64,000 nt of DNA, from the NCBI GenBank assembly GCA_963693365.1, contig CAVNZM010000005.1, positions 4,533,167 through 4,597,166 on the forward strand, in the 5' to 3' direction. Under the pieces are notes generated by a model, which saw only the letters and a program-made list of their open reading frames with translations, had not been told where the DNA came from and did no database searches. Origin of the DNA: Amoebidium appalachense. Lineage: Eukaryota; Protista; Ichthyosporea. Shown here piece by piece: positions 37,402-51,370 of this stretch (position 1 is its first letter; every line of letters begins with the position of its first letter). A program made the translations under genes and the position numbers.

Positions 37402-38397
37402 CACGGTGTGTTGGTGTGTGTGTGTGTGTGTACGGTGTGTGTGTGTATGTGTGTGTGTGTGTGCGCGCGCGGGCGCGCGCTCTCACGTGCCAGTTTGTTC
37501 ACCAAGATGTGTGTTAGTGTGCTTTTGTGCTGTGTATCATGTGAGAGTGTGTGTCGGGTGTTTGTGTGTACCATGCCACGCGTTTGTGTGTTTGTGTGTC
37601 TGTGTGGGTGTGTGGGTGTGTAGGTGTGGGTGGGTGTCTTTGTGTGTGCATGTGTGAGAGTGTGTGCCGGGTCTTTGTGCGTGACGGTGTTTGTGAGTGT
37701 GTGTTTGTGTGTGCGTGCCCCCACGCGGGGTGTGTGTGTGTGTGTGTGTGTGTTTGTGTCATGCTATGGTGTGTGTCCGCGCACACGCACACAGACGTAT
37801 ATACAAGCATGCGTATTATGCAGTGTGTTTGGCATGAGCGCCAATCCAGAAAGCTTTTAGATCTGCATGCTGGCAGACCTCTAGCTTTTACACAACCAAA
37901 AGGCTTAGCACGAACGAGCTTTGTGCTGTTTTCTTCATTTATTCATCCTTTTTTTTTGCTCCTCCTTTTCAGTTGCCGCGTGCAGATAAAAAGTTATCTA
38001 AGACTTCGTGCCAGAATATGGTGTGCCCGCCTTTTTCATACTCGTAGCATTTGCCAAATGGCATTTCGGTTATTATTCAAGGGCAATCTTTGCCCCCCCC
38101 CCCCCCCCCCCGGGCCCGGCAGCACAAACACCTTTCGAGTAAATTAAATGATTAAAATCGCGGTCGTTTGTTCCAATTCTTTAAATCAAACGAAAGGAGA
38201 AAAAAGGGGGTTCAGTGTAATTATAGTTACCAGACAGTATCATAGGTACTTTCATGCTGCTCATTCAATGACATACTGGAGCCTCCATTTGTAGTCTTGT
38301 TTTTTTTTTACAACAGATCTCGTTCCTGTTTTGATCCATACACGGTGAACCTTCGTGCAAAAAAAATTGAATGTATTTCACTTGTTGTTTTCTCTTC

Positions 38398-38432
<35 letters not shown>

Positions 38433-38440
38433 TTGTGTAT

Positions 38441-38974
38441 TTACTTTGTTGGGCCCTCACAGTAGGCAGGGGGCGCATCATTCATCACCACCTGCCCTGG
38501 CACACCGCTTACATGTGTGTCTGTTTGATAAGCATGAGTGCCGGGCGTCACACGTGTAGCAAAGGCCGTATTAACCGTGATTTCAATGCCGAAAAACGTG
38601 TTTGTGCTGCGGTCGTGGTAGTCGATGGTGGTCTCAACATATGTGAGCTGGATGGCTCTGTCAAGAAGATTCTTGTTGTGTCTATCAAGAACGTCTTTTA
38701 TGGCTTTCTGCAATTCGCTGGCTTGGCTAGATACCATGGGGAAAACACAGCAAACTAGGCACGGAATACACAGCAAATATGTATTTGATTTGAGCTTTTA
38801 AATGCGCGGTGAAACTGTAGCGTTAATGTCTTTAATGATACGACTGTATTCCTAAGGTTCCATGTAGCCACACAGAGCAACGGGAAAACTCTCGTCAAAG
38901 GGAGAACTTTCGATCTTGGTCATGATGGGCACCATGTGCTTGATGATGGAGTTCGAGGCACCGGGGGCGGCCAT
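38441..38974 (-). pseudogene. Intronless ERF4/Golgin-A7-like ORF with two in-frame stops
   Basis: ATG at 38974; MAAPG..FDESFPVALCGYMEP*EYSRIIKDINATVSPRI*KLKSNTYLLCIPCLVCCVFP..LQKAIKDVLDRHNKNLLDRAIQL..PPAY..TAA. The F..FP..L.G...EY..I..IN, Cys-rich patch and L...N pattern fits ERF4/GOLGA7. Stops are TAG 38852-38854 and TAA 38798-38800. Confidence 0.6.
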
Positions 38975-39186
38975 TTATAATTGTAAGCAAAATCACTGCT
39001 CTTTTTTGGTCGTTAAATATAACGTATTGCTAACCGGCTTCTATGGTGGCCTGATGACTATTATTTCTATTGTTGTTTATTTCCTGCACACTTAAATTTT
39101 GTCTGACTATTGAGAGGGATATCTTCATTTATATATGCTGAGCGATCTATGGAAGCTGGCGATGATTGGATCTAGATTAGGTAGTT

Positions 39187-39505
39187 GGATCCCCCAATAC
39201 TTCCAAGTGGGGGGGGCGATCGTATGTCCACCTTTTTTTTTTTCTTTTGACTGGATTTATGTCCACCTGCGCTCCCGGGAATTTTAGAGTGTAACAGTAT
39301 GTAACTAGTAGCTAGGGAAAATGGAGCCTCGTTATACCAAAATACCCATATTTAGCGTGAGTGTATTGATTTTAACTATGTAGATCCACATGCAGTCCTA
39401 TGTCTATAACGGAATTTTAGGTGGCCTAAATGTCGAAACTGGAAAATCGTAATACTCTGTTACACACATACGACTCACCCCACACACATGAGTTTTGGGA
39501 GATCC
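39187..39505 (+). mobile_element. MITE copy 1 (TIR GGATCCCCCAA, apparent 7-bp TSD)
   Basis: Starts GGATCCCCCAA, ends TTGGGAGATCC; flanks GGTAGTT / GGTGGTT; homologous in reverse orientation to 46664-46952. Confidence 0.85.
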
Positions 39506-39865
39506 GGTGGTTGATTTTTTAGCCAATGGATGATTGCGGATAGCCCACATATGATAGGTTACGATATTCCGAGCGTCGGGGTGTGATCTGATTGGATGAC
39601 GACACGACCTTTAACTTCAGTTAGTCTTGCCGTGATTGGCCTAGAGCGCACTCACCGAAATAACCAGGCTATGGACATTTCTATTGGGTTAGAGGAATCG
39701 AATAACCGGGTTAATGGGTGAGTGCGCAGCTAGCCAATCAAAGCGATCACTAGGAAAATGTAAGCCTGAAATGTGAATGTAATGATATATGAATCAAATA
39801 ACCGAGTTAAAGTTTGCATAATGTATCAATAAAGTGAATTTTTTATGGGTCATATCGTAACCGGA

Positions 39866-40004
39866 TCATGTCGGCTCGTGTCCTCGCTCGACCTCGTTAT
39901 TTCGGCTCGCCTTGTCGATTATTTTGGCTCGCCTATCGGCTCGCCAAAATAACCGACGGCTCGCCGAAATAACTTCGGTTTCGCTCGGCCACTCGCCCCA
40001 TGAC
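39866..40004 (-). other. Long imperfect hairpin with repeated CTCG/CTCG (minus strand CGAG/CGAG) internal loops
   Basis: Nested arms GTTATTTCGG/CCGAAATAAC, GTCG/CGAC and TTATTTTGG/CCAAAATAA, with CTCG repeated opposite CTCG on both arms. Confidence 0.75.
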
Positions 40005-41444
40005 TCCTGATTTTTTTGCAGGGTTAGAGATTATGTAGAGCTAGATTTCGAATATTAATGTATATGATACGTGCTACATACCCTTCAGTCGTCAATACTA
40101 GTGTTTTCGGATTTTTATACATCTTTACTACCATAAAAATGCATATATAAGTGTATTATCTTACACGAAACCGATACCGTTGACTGCTGCATGCTTTGGA
40201 ACGTTCACTATACTCGCGCTCCCCCTCATTTAATGACTTTACAACCCTGCATAATAGTCCGGACGTCATGCAGCCAGCCCGCGGCCGGGATCCGAGCCTG
40301 ACGTCCAGCCAGGCTTTGTATGAGCTCGAGGGTTAGGGGCTGGGCTCATCAGGGAGCTTGACTGTGCCATGCAGCAAAGGTATACAACTTTTCTTTTACA
40401 TTTGCCGGAGCTCTTTTCGTGAAGGTTCAATATCCGGAAAATTTCCGGGAAAAGGTTACTCCAGGGAACCCTGCAGGAAGATAGATAGACAGCTGCTCGA
40501 ATACAGTAAGGAATTCTTGATTTTGGTGGTGCACGTGGGGGTGGTGGGGGAGGGGTGGGGGTGGGGGGGGGGGGGGGGGGAAAGGAGGAAAGCAGTAACT
40601 ACGACGTCCCCCCTGCTGGTACCCCCCTCCCGCCCCCCCTCCCCCTTCCCCAAGGTAGCCGCAGGGGTGGGTGCCCCCACCCCCCCCCCCCCCCCCCCCG
40701 GGGGAGAGGAGGGACCCATCTGGGCGTGTGGGATGGTGGCTCCCCCTGCCCCCCCCCCCCCCCCCCCCTCCCCCCCCGGGTGCGTGCGCGTGATCATCAT
40801 GGGCAGACTGAGCCCTCTTTTCCACCCACCAAAGGTTGTATTCGTTGCCCCCCCTTTTTTTTTTTGTTTTTTCTTTGTAGGAATTGCTTCCGTTTTGGCC
40901 ACTGATGAATAACCTTCCCCCCCCCCCCCCCCCCCCCTCCCCACCCCAACCCCACCACCACCACCACCACCACATACACATGCGCGCGCACACCACACAC
41001 CGTGATGCATGCACGCACGAGCACACACACACCCCACCCCATCCTGTTGGTGCTCTTCTGCCGGACGCATACTTTTTTTGTGTTCTTTGCAATGTCTACT
41101 TTTTGTTGTCTGCGGCAAATGTGTAAAATATGTTCCATAACATTTTCTAACGAATCCCCCCGCCCCCCCCCCCCCCCCCCCCTCCTTCCCCCCCCCCCCC
41201 CCCCCCCCCCCCAACTCTTTTACACCAGTAAATACACGTGCACAGGCGTACACGCGCACACACGCCCAACAACCACCCACCCACCCACCCACCCACACAC
41301 ACGCACACACCACACACGCCCAACAACCACCCACCCACCCACCCACCCACCCACCCACCCACACACACACAGACACACACACATGCACAACATACACACA
41401 CGCACACACACAGACGCACACGCACACGCAGCCTGCACACGCAG

Positions 41445-41489
<45 letters not shown>

Positions 41490-42244
41490 CGTCATGCACC
41501 GGTCAACTGTGTCTAAATTATGAATTCCTGGGGGCCAGGTTATCGTGCTTACCGTGCAGTGTTCGTGTGCGTGTGTTCGTTCATGTTCGTGTCACTGTGT
41601 GTCACGGTGTGTGAAAAGTTTTGTATGCAAATGTGTGTGCTGTATGTGTGTTCAAGTCAACGGTGCGTCCGTGTACGTGTATGAGTCAGTCGAGAGGGGG
41701 GAGGTTAAGGGGGAAAGAGAGAAAGATTAATTTAGGGAAGGCCTAGAGGGATTATTGTTGGGCCCCGGGGGCCGGGGGTTGGGGAGAGGGGGGAGGGGGG
41801 CTCGGAGGGGGGGGGGGGGGAGGGGAGGGGGAAGGGGAAGGAGGGGGGGGGGGGGGGGAGAGAGAGAGAGGGAAGGAGGGGGGACACCGGGTTACGTAGA
41901 GAAAATACAATTGTTTTGTTTATCACATGTGTGGCCTTTTGGGTATTACGGTGCTCTGTGAGTGAGTGTGCCCGCGTATGTGCGTGTTTGCCTGTTTGAG
42001 TGTCACGGTGAGCGCCTGTGTTCGTGTCACAGCATGTATTTGGCCTTAGTACTGTGCGTGCGCAGTAAAGGAGTCATCCTGCATAATTGTGTGAGTAATC
42101 ATCATGAGAGGAAGGCTTTTTTTCCTTGGCTTTCTGTTTAGTAGTGTGGGTGAATAAACATTCCAGGTGTCACCACATTTACGCATTTGCTATTTGCCAT
42201 TTAAGCCATCGTGTGCACCTGAGTGTATCACACACACACACACA

Positions 42245-42289
<45 letters not shown>

Positions 42290-42828
42290 TGATACGCACA
42301 CACACACACAGTGACACACTCTCTCTCTCGTTCCATCCCCCTCCCTCTCTGTTTCGCTCTCTCTCTCTCTCTCCACCCCCCCTCCCCCAGCTTTATCTCT
42401 CTCCTTCTTCTCTCTCAATCTTTCTCTCGCCCCCTCCCCCCTCCCCCACATTCCTGTGTCTCTCTTGCCAAATCCCACTCCTTTCTCTCTCTCCCTCCCC
42501 CCCTCTCTCTCTCCCACCCCCCCCTCCCCCCATCCGCCCCCCCCCTCCTGGCCCACCCGGCCCTCCCCCCCCCCCCCCCCCGGGAACCCACCTGTCCGGT
42601 GAGGTTATATCTCCCCCCACGGCCTCATCTCCCCGCATCCCCCCGCCACACACACACCTCCACCCCATCTCCACTACTACTGTGGCCAAGCACCTCTCTG
42701 ACTCCAACTTCTGGCCCCGTTGCGCATTATTAGGCCCCATACTCTTTATTCAAAAATTTTGTGGGGCACTATCGTGCTCACAGCGTTCGTGTGCGCATCC
42801 ATGTGCGTGTTTGTATCACAGTGTAGTA

Positions 42829-42869
<41 letters not shown>

Positions 42870-43019
42870 ACACAAGTTGGGTTCTGTGTGTGTGTTTGCG
42901 TTTGTGAATGTGTGCCTGCCGCATGGTACCTCCAGCACGATGATAACCCCTTTTTTTTGTGCAAAAACGCTGCTGTTTCAAACCAATGAAATAATGTACT
43001 ACGATTACACCAAGCAGTA

Positions 43020-43902
<883 letters not shown>

Positions 43903-46663
43903 AGTACGTGTGTCGCGAGGTGTACTAGTAGTGGAGTGCAGTATGTGAAGAACGGGCTAGCTATATATAGATAGGGGGTGCACTAAGTTCGAATTCCGGG
44001 CCTGGGAGAACGTCACTGAGCTAGCAGGGAGGGGTGCTGGATATGTGTTGGTTCAGTGCGTTGCAGGCGCTGGGCATGAGCGCAGTAATAATAATGGACT
44101 ATTACTAAAAGAGATGGGGTGAAGGAGAAACCAATGCTAATTCGTCTACCAACAATAACAGTAGTAATATTCCCCATTTTTTCCAGAGGAAACGTTAGCC
44201 TTCCGATCCTTAAAGCTTAGCGAAGTGATGACCGTACCCACTACTACTGTCACCTAATGGTGTATATCATGGCATATTATGAAGATGCCATTGGGATCTT
44301 CCCACGGAGAGGACGGCTTAAGGCTTTCTCCTTAGCTTAATTATGACTTTACACACCACTTTTACCTAATGGCGCACCTAACTAATAAAAATTTTGAAGA
44401 TGCATTTGGGATCTTCCACCATGGGATCCGGATCCGAATGCTATTACACGAAGTATGTACAGTACTATGTTTTAGTCTAGGGTTAAAGAAAACACATAGT
44501 ATATGTTGGGCTGTGGTCATTGCAGGTGCATGTGCAAGCGACCTCAACACGTTTCAGAACACCCGTAGCCAGACACACATCACGTGCAAGGGACCGTCCA
44601 TGGGAATGCACGCCTTCCAGCTTGGTGTAGGGGGATATTTGTTTGTTCCAAATATGGCGCGCAACAACACAGAGAGAATCCAATCGAAGAATGCCTACAG
44701 AGAAGTGCAAAACATGGGAACTTTCAGAACTTCGAGTTTTCAGCGAAGTAAATTTTACATTTAGTCTAAATAGTATAATCAATTATTACGGAGGCTAAAT
44801 ACAATATAATAAGAGATACCACGGCCACCGATATCTAGGTACAAGCAAGAAGAAGCGGTAAATATTGTCGTGATGACCATTATTTGACCACCGTCAACAT
44901 TGACGGTCACCCGCCGCTGTATGACAGTGTCTCTGCACTCCTCCAGGATGAGGCAGTTCGTTTACAATAAATCATTGTAACCGATTGGTTACCGATCGGT
45001 TTTCAAAATTTCCGATGGGCCTACGGTGACCGGTCTACCGAGACTCTACCCTTGGACCTTGCACGTGTGTACGTGCCTTCAATTGAAGGCCTAGTACAAG
45101 CAGCATATTAAAGAGAGAGAGAGAGAGAGAGAGAGAGCAGTGCTGCCTCTATGCAGTGTAAATGCATAGTGTACATATGACACTTTTGTTTTGGCATGGT
45201 ATCTTTTATTTAGCTGTGGCTACAATACTAATTTAGTGCAATATCGGCAACGTGGGCAGAGTCTCCCCAAACTCGAGCTCCTGGGGCCCATGAATCGGGG
45301 CCGGGCGGCCGTGGGCGGCGCCCTTGACTTGTATTACTCGGAACCATCCGTGCCTATTATACAATATACACACTAGTTGATTAAACACTAATTTAGTATT
45401 GCCTAACACTTGATCCGTACACCTTGAATTAGATATATGTCAATATCGATGTATTGGACAGCATTTCCCGGCCCGTCACTAACTTGAGAGTCGCGATATC
45501 GATCTATAGGGCCAGATGCGAGTACTCGGTGCTAACTTGCGATTGATGGCAGTCTCTGCAGTTATTAATAGCCACTCTGAGTGCTGTCTAGGTAATATGA
45601 TTTTGATGTAGAATAAAGGTAGATAACACATATGCATCCACAATATATGCACTGCAGGCCCTCCATTTGCTATCCACAATGAATTACATCCGCGTCGACA
45701 TCCATATGGCCATATGCATATCATATATCGCGGCATCGATGATACATATGACGTCTACGTGCGGAATAAATTTTAACGCTGGTAACGTCACGTCACGCGT
45801 GTCTAATTTGTGAAGCTATGCAATTGCAAAATTTATAAGGGTGGGGCACTGCCCTCGATTCCTGTTCGACCACTACTCATTCGACATCGCATACAGGTGT
45901 CACGTGCTCGCTCTTGAAGTCGAACAGCTTCAAGTTCAATGTTCACCGTCGGAACTTTGATGTTCACACACATGCATATGTCCTCCCGCCGCTCCGGCCA
46001 GTCACCCAAGATCTAAAAATCATGCAGTGGTGGGCATGCCTGTGCGTTATGATTTGACCCACAGGGTTACAACCGCCAACACTGCATCCAGTGTGACCCG
46101 TTTGTTCCGAAACGGTTACACCAGGTTCCAAATTTAAGTTTTTTTTTTTTTGAAAACCGCTTATGCCCCAATCAATACAGCACATAAACCATATCAGCCG
46201 GGAGGTCGTTATATTTCAACCATGCATCCGGGCATAAGCTTTGGTACATACATGGAACTACTCTGCTCACCTACAGGCCGAATAATCCGACCCGCCGAAA
46301 GCTCTTTGATTGAATCCGGAAAATCGCTTAGGAAAAACGGTAAAATCTGGCACTCTACCGGATACGCAATTATGCATGTCTATGACATTACATTATTGTA
46401 TGTACCATTGATTCGAGGCTCACATGTGTGATCAGTTTGCGGCACCAAGCAACGCACTTGTTCTTCAAAAGTTTATAATGTAAACGACCATATAGATAAT
46501 ATGGATACATATGTGCCATTTTCCTTCTTCTTGTAATCCTCCCCAGCTAGCTGTCTGTGAGTTCACCGATTTACGAGTTTCGCATTGGAAGTTCCTTATC
46601 AATATGTAGCCCTGCCTATCAATAATGGGCACGCGGATATGATTGGTCTTTAGAAAGACGCAA

Positions 46664-46952
46664 GGATCCCCCAAAACTCACGTGTGGGGCGAGTCGCATA
46701 TGTAAGGATTTGACGATTTTCCAGTTTCGACATTTAGGCCACGTAATATTCCGTTACAGGCATGGGACTGTATGTAATTCTACATGTAGTAAAAATCAAT
46801 AATTTCACACTAAATATGGATATTTTCGTATAACGAGGCTCCATTTTCCCCGTTGTTACTAGTTACATACTGTTACACACATATTAACGGTGTCTAAAAT
46901 TCATGGAAGCGTAGGTACGATCGGCCCCCCACTTAGAAGTGTTGGGGGATCC
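46664..46952 (-). mobile_element. MITE copy 2 (inverted relative to copy 1)
   Basis: Perfect TIR GGATCCCCCAA...TTGGGGGATCC; flanks GACGCAA / GGCGCAA; internal blocks (e.g. GGCCTAAATGTCGAAACTGGAAAATCGT, GGAAAATGGAGCCTCGTTATAC) shared with copy 1. Confidence 0.88.
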
Positions 46953-47404
46953 GGCGCAAAGATTTAAGAGGCTAATAGGAGCATCTAATTAGCGGAAAAA
47001 CACGCACGCTAGAGTTACCATGGCTCATGACCCATTCCTGTATAAATTGTTGGCCGTGACCATGGATTCCTCTAGTAGCCAGAGTTTGGATCAGCACTCG
47101 CGATCACTTTGACTTTTGTATGTCAACGTTGAACGAAGTGATTCGAACGTGTTTTCTAAATAATTATGAAACGAGAAACTGAGGTAGTGTAGATTTGATG
47201 AGTTGGCTGTTGTATATAGTTTTAGAAAGGTAGGTAGGGCTCAAGCTTGAATTCAAGCCGAGCGAACAATAGCCATGTTGTTAGGTGCCCAAAGGCTGGA
47301 ACGTGTTGGCACTTAGGGTTGCTTCGGTTCACAGAAAAGGCCACTTGCCTTTCTCTTGCCTTCCCGAGGGTTAACCTTCTAGGTTTGGACGTTTTCATTT
47401 CGAA

Positions 47405-49101
47405 ATGAGAGACCACTTTCCTCCCTTAAGCTTGCCGTGTGGCAGGCCTTTGTCTAGTGGGGGTTCTTCCCCCCTCCCACAGCGGCGCCGTGTGATGTTT
47501 GCAGACGAGGCTCCAATACACGGTAGCACAAAGCTTCTGAATGTGTGCCTTTTTGACAAGGAGGAGGAGCCCATAGAATGCAATCCCAACAAAGATGAAG
47601 TCGCGCGAGTAAGGGGGTTGTTCTCACATAGTGATAGTGATGGCTTGAACTTTGACTTCACGAAACTGTGCTCGTGCCGAACTGTGCCCGCTACACCTAG
47701 CACGGCATCTGCACATGGAGAGACAACATGTGCAAGTGACAGCAGCTCCTCTATCACGTGCGTTACCACTAGCCCTATGCCACAGGACCAGGCGCCGGGC
47801 ACTGTTTTACGTACCGACCCATACATCGCACCTGTGATCAGAGAATTCCCAGTACCCATCCCAGATGTGACTTCACAGTCCGGTGCCACATCTTCTTCCA
47901 AGCGTTCTGCCGGTAGGAAAGTCCGGTCGTTGTGGCTTACTTTCACGCTAAAGGCCGAGGCAGAGACTGAGGATTGGGGTATGGTGGGCTTGGCTACGGC
48001 GCAGTTCAATGACCGGGCGTCAGTTTTGATGGGAAAAGTGAGGGTGCAGAACATTGACTTCCATAAGGAGGTGTTTGTTAGGTGAGTGTCTCTGTGGTCC
48101 ATCTGTGCCTTTTTTTCCCGTTTTGCTGTATCTGTTGGAAAGCTGTATAGTTAAAAAGGGTTCGGTTGCGTTCTATTGGACTGCCTAACTAGGTAGTTGA
48201 GGTGAGCTGTGGGACCCGTATCGTGATGGGTGATGGGCTTGCACATGCACGTGTGGTAGGAACAACTGGCCCAGGGATTCTGGCAGGCTAATTGTCTCTT
48301 ATCGTGATGGGTGATGGGCTTGCACATGCACGTGCGGTAGCAACAACTGGCCAAGGGATTCTGGCAGGCTAATTGTCTCTTAGGCCGCCGCATATCTTCC
48401 TTTTTCTTTGGTTGTCTTTCTGTACTGGAACTGTAGGCTTTTGTTCAAGGAAATATGCTTTTAACTTCCGGGAAGCTAGCTCTGCAAAGGTCGCCTTCTT
48501 GCCTCCTGTTACATGTTGGCAAGAAACTGAAATGTTTGGTTGGCTTTTTAGGTGCACGGTCGACAACTGGAAAAGCCACCGCGATGTTCAAGCAACATAC
48601 GAATCTTCCTCCGAAGCGATGGACTATGACATCTTCTCGTTTGCCATCCCTGTGCCCATCAACATTGCTCATGGGCGAAAGGTGGCCTTTGCCATTGGCT
48701 ATCGTGCCAATGGTAAAGAGTTCTGGGACAACAACGACGGAGCAAACTATGAAGGAAGGGTAGTTTTTGGGATCACATCCCCAACGATGGAACAAAGGCG
48801 CTCACGCGTAGGCATGCGTTCATTGGAGGAAGCGTTGGAGAAAGTGAGCCATGCGTCTGGCAAGGTGGAGCAAGTGGAGAGGCCGGTGGAGCCGGTCCCA
48901 AAACTGACCTTGGAAATGGTTGCGGAGTCTCGAAAAGCGGCACCTACTTCCCCTCGCCCCCACTCACGAGCGGAATCACCATCCAAGCACCAGACATCTC
49001 CTCTGTATGCTGAACTGCACGGCCATCGGAGGTCGGGGTTGGGCCACATTTCGAGCGTGTTTCAACCTCAAGCGGCGCTGTGCACGCCAGTCGAATGGTA
49101 A
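47405..49101 (+). CDS. Protein phosphatase 1 glycogen-targeting regulatory subunit (PPP1R3/Gac1 family, CBM21)
   Basis: Exons 47405-48081 and 48552-49101; PP1 docking motif RRRVMFAD; CBM21 motifs GKVRVQNIDFHKEVFVR|CTVDNWKS and FAIGYRANGKEFWDNNDGANY. The start codon is provisional. Confidence 0.92.
48219..48380. repeat. Tandem duplication, 2 x 81 bp, in the CBM21-gene intron
   Basis: TATCGTGATGGGTGATGGGCTTGCACATGCACGTG...GGCTAATTGTCTCT occurs twice with few mismatches. Confidence 0.92.
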
Positions 49102-49763
49102 CGAGAACATCGTCAGTGTAGTTTTATAAAGTTAGAATAGGAGGCATGTGGGTAATGCAACAGCTTCCCAACGGGTAGGTAGGTGTGACAGCTCCAGCGA
49201 AAAATGGCAGTATATTCGAATATGTTGTGATGGTTTCATGAGATGAATGTCTGTCGTAGTGAATGAGGTGACTTACCGTAGGCAGCTGTTTGAAATTTCG
49301 TGGAGACTCTCAGTGATTCGAGAGCCCCTTCTGTATGGGTATGAATTATGGTGTTTGTTGCCAGTAATTTCATTCGTAGACACGTGCAAGATAACAGCAA
49401 GCAACGTCATATATAGCAACTACTTACCCAAAATGTAGTCTACTGTAAATATTGATGAAGGAAGATATCATATTCTTACGCGGCTAACCGCCACCAATAG
49501 TATTAGCTGTTGTGCTGTACATTAAATAAAGCCCACTGACATCCGCCATACATCATGTCGCCCAAGCAACCTTTTGGCCAAGCTTAACGGCATTTAAACA
49601 GGACAAACTGTCCGAATCACCTTCAACAAGGCGCCATATCACAATCTCTGTGCATGTACGTGTGGGTTGTGCGTGGGAACAGAACGTGAAAGAATGACCT
49701 ATGCATGAGGGAGGTGGGATCCGCTTCCATGACTATCACGGTGATCCCCCTCCGCCCCCCGCC

Positions 49764-49823
<60 letters not shown>

Positions 49824-50009
49824 ACCTCTCCCCTTCCCGGGGGAAAAAAAGCTTTGGAGAAAACAACGCTTCTTGGTAGCCTCTGATCCCTTCCTACGCC
49901 CCGGTCTTCCGGAGTTTTAAAGTAAAGCAGTGGCTTTAGATCACCATTATTAGATGGCATCCAGGCTAGGCAAAAGCTCCCAAAAGGTCTCGAACCAGGA
50001 CAGAAATTC

Positions 50010-50042
<33 letters not shown>

Positions 50043-51149
50043 ACACACACACAGACACACACACACCCACGTACACCCACACACCCACCCACCGTACCCC
50101 GGGCACAAGACAGGAAGCAAACAACCCACACGCACAGAAAAATGGCACAGAATAGCACACCCTGCTCGGGCAGCTAGTGACACCGGTATCGATATCTGTC
50201 CACAACTCGGCCAATGCCCCCAATTCAGAGAAGATCCCCCCTCCCTCCCTTCTCCCCCCCCCCCCCCCCCCCCCCCCCCTCCCCTCACCCCCCCCCCCCC
50301 CCCCCCCCCCGACTCCCTCCGTCGCATTCCGTGCCTTACCCAGTTTAGGGCACCACAAACGTCCGAACTGAAAACTGCTTTAAGTATTGTCCCAGGTTGG
50401 TGCGAACTTCCCTATTAATGAACGGTTGACAGTGAATGTACAAACGAATCGAGTCGGTGGGTGCAAGTGAAATTCGAAGCCAATTGCCGCTGGGCATAAT
50501 GGCGCACGCTGTCGTTCTCTCGGTGCAGCGAAGAGGTGAAAACAGGAAAACGAACCGTTGGTGCTGATGTCTCGCCATGTGCTTGTACTCATGATATCCA
50601 ACGTAAATAAATACTTCCGTACTTCACATGGTCTGTGTGCTGGCTGAAGGGGCGGTTGCGGGAGAGCGATTGGGTATGGGGAGGATGGGCGGTTGAGGGA
50701 AGACGGTGTCACACGGCGGGAGGAGAGAGGGGAGAGACAGAGGAAGGGAGGCTCGAGAGAAAAGAGAGACTGTGGTGGTGGTGGGGCGGGGGGAGGGGGA
50801 GGAGGGGGGGGGGGGGGGGGGGGGAGGGGGGGAGGCTGGGAGGCGGAGAGGGGTCGGGGGGCGGGGGCGGGGGGCGAGCGGAAGGAGAGGGGAGGAGCGC
50901 GGGTAGGGGGAAAGGAAGGAGAAGGAGAAGAGGAGCGCAGGTGGGGGAAAAAGAGGGGGAGAGAGAGAGAGAGATAGAGATATGGAGATATTGAAGGAGA
51001 TAGATAGATAGAGAGAGGGGGGGGGGGAAGGGAGGGGAGGGAGGGGGGGAGGGGAAAGAGAGGGTGAGAGAGAGAGAGAGAGAGGAGAGGGAGGGAGAGA
51101 GAGAGAGACAGGGAGAGATGGAGAGGGGGGGTGGGGGGGGGGAGCACAG

Positions 51150-51370
<221 letters not shown>

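Noticed and set aside
38441-38974. Genome-wide TAA/TAG-to-Gln reassignment
   Set aside because: No in-frame TAR seen in the exons I reconstructed for four genes, and TAA falls at the expected SEC31 C-terminus.
40270-40358. Minus-strand CTGATGA with a GC-rich stem
   Set aside because: No GAAA follows the candidate stem II.
44100-46660. Possible transposase or gene between the two MITE copies
   Set aside because: Only short ORFs without motifs, and each MITE has its own TSD, so this is not one composite element.
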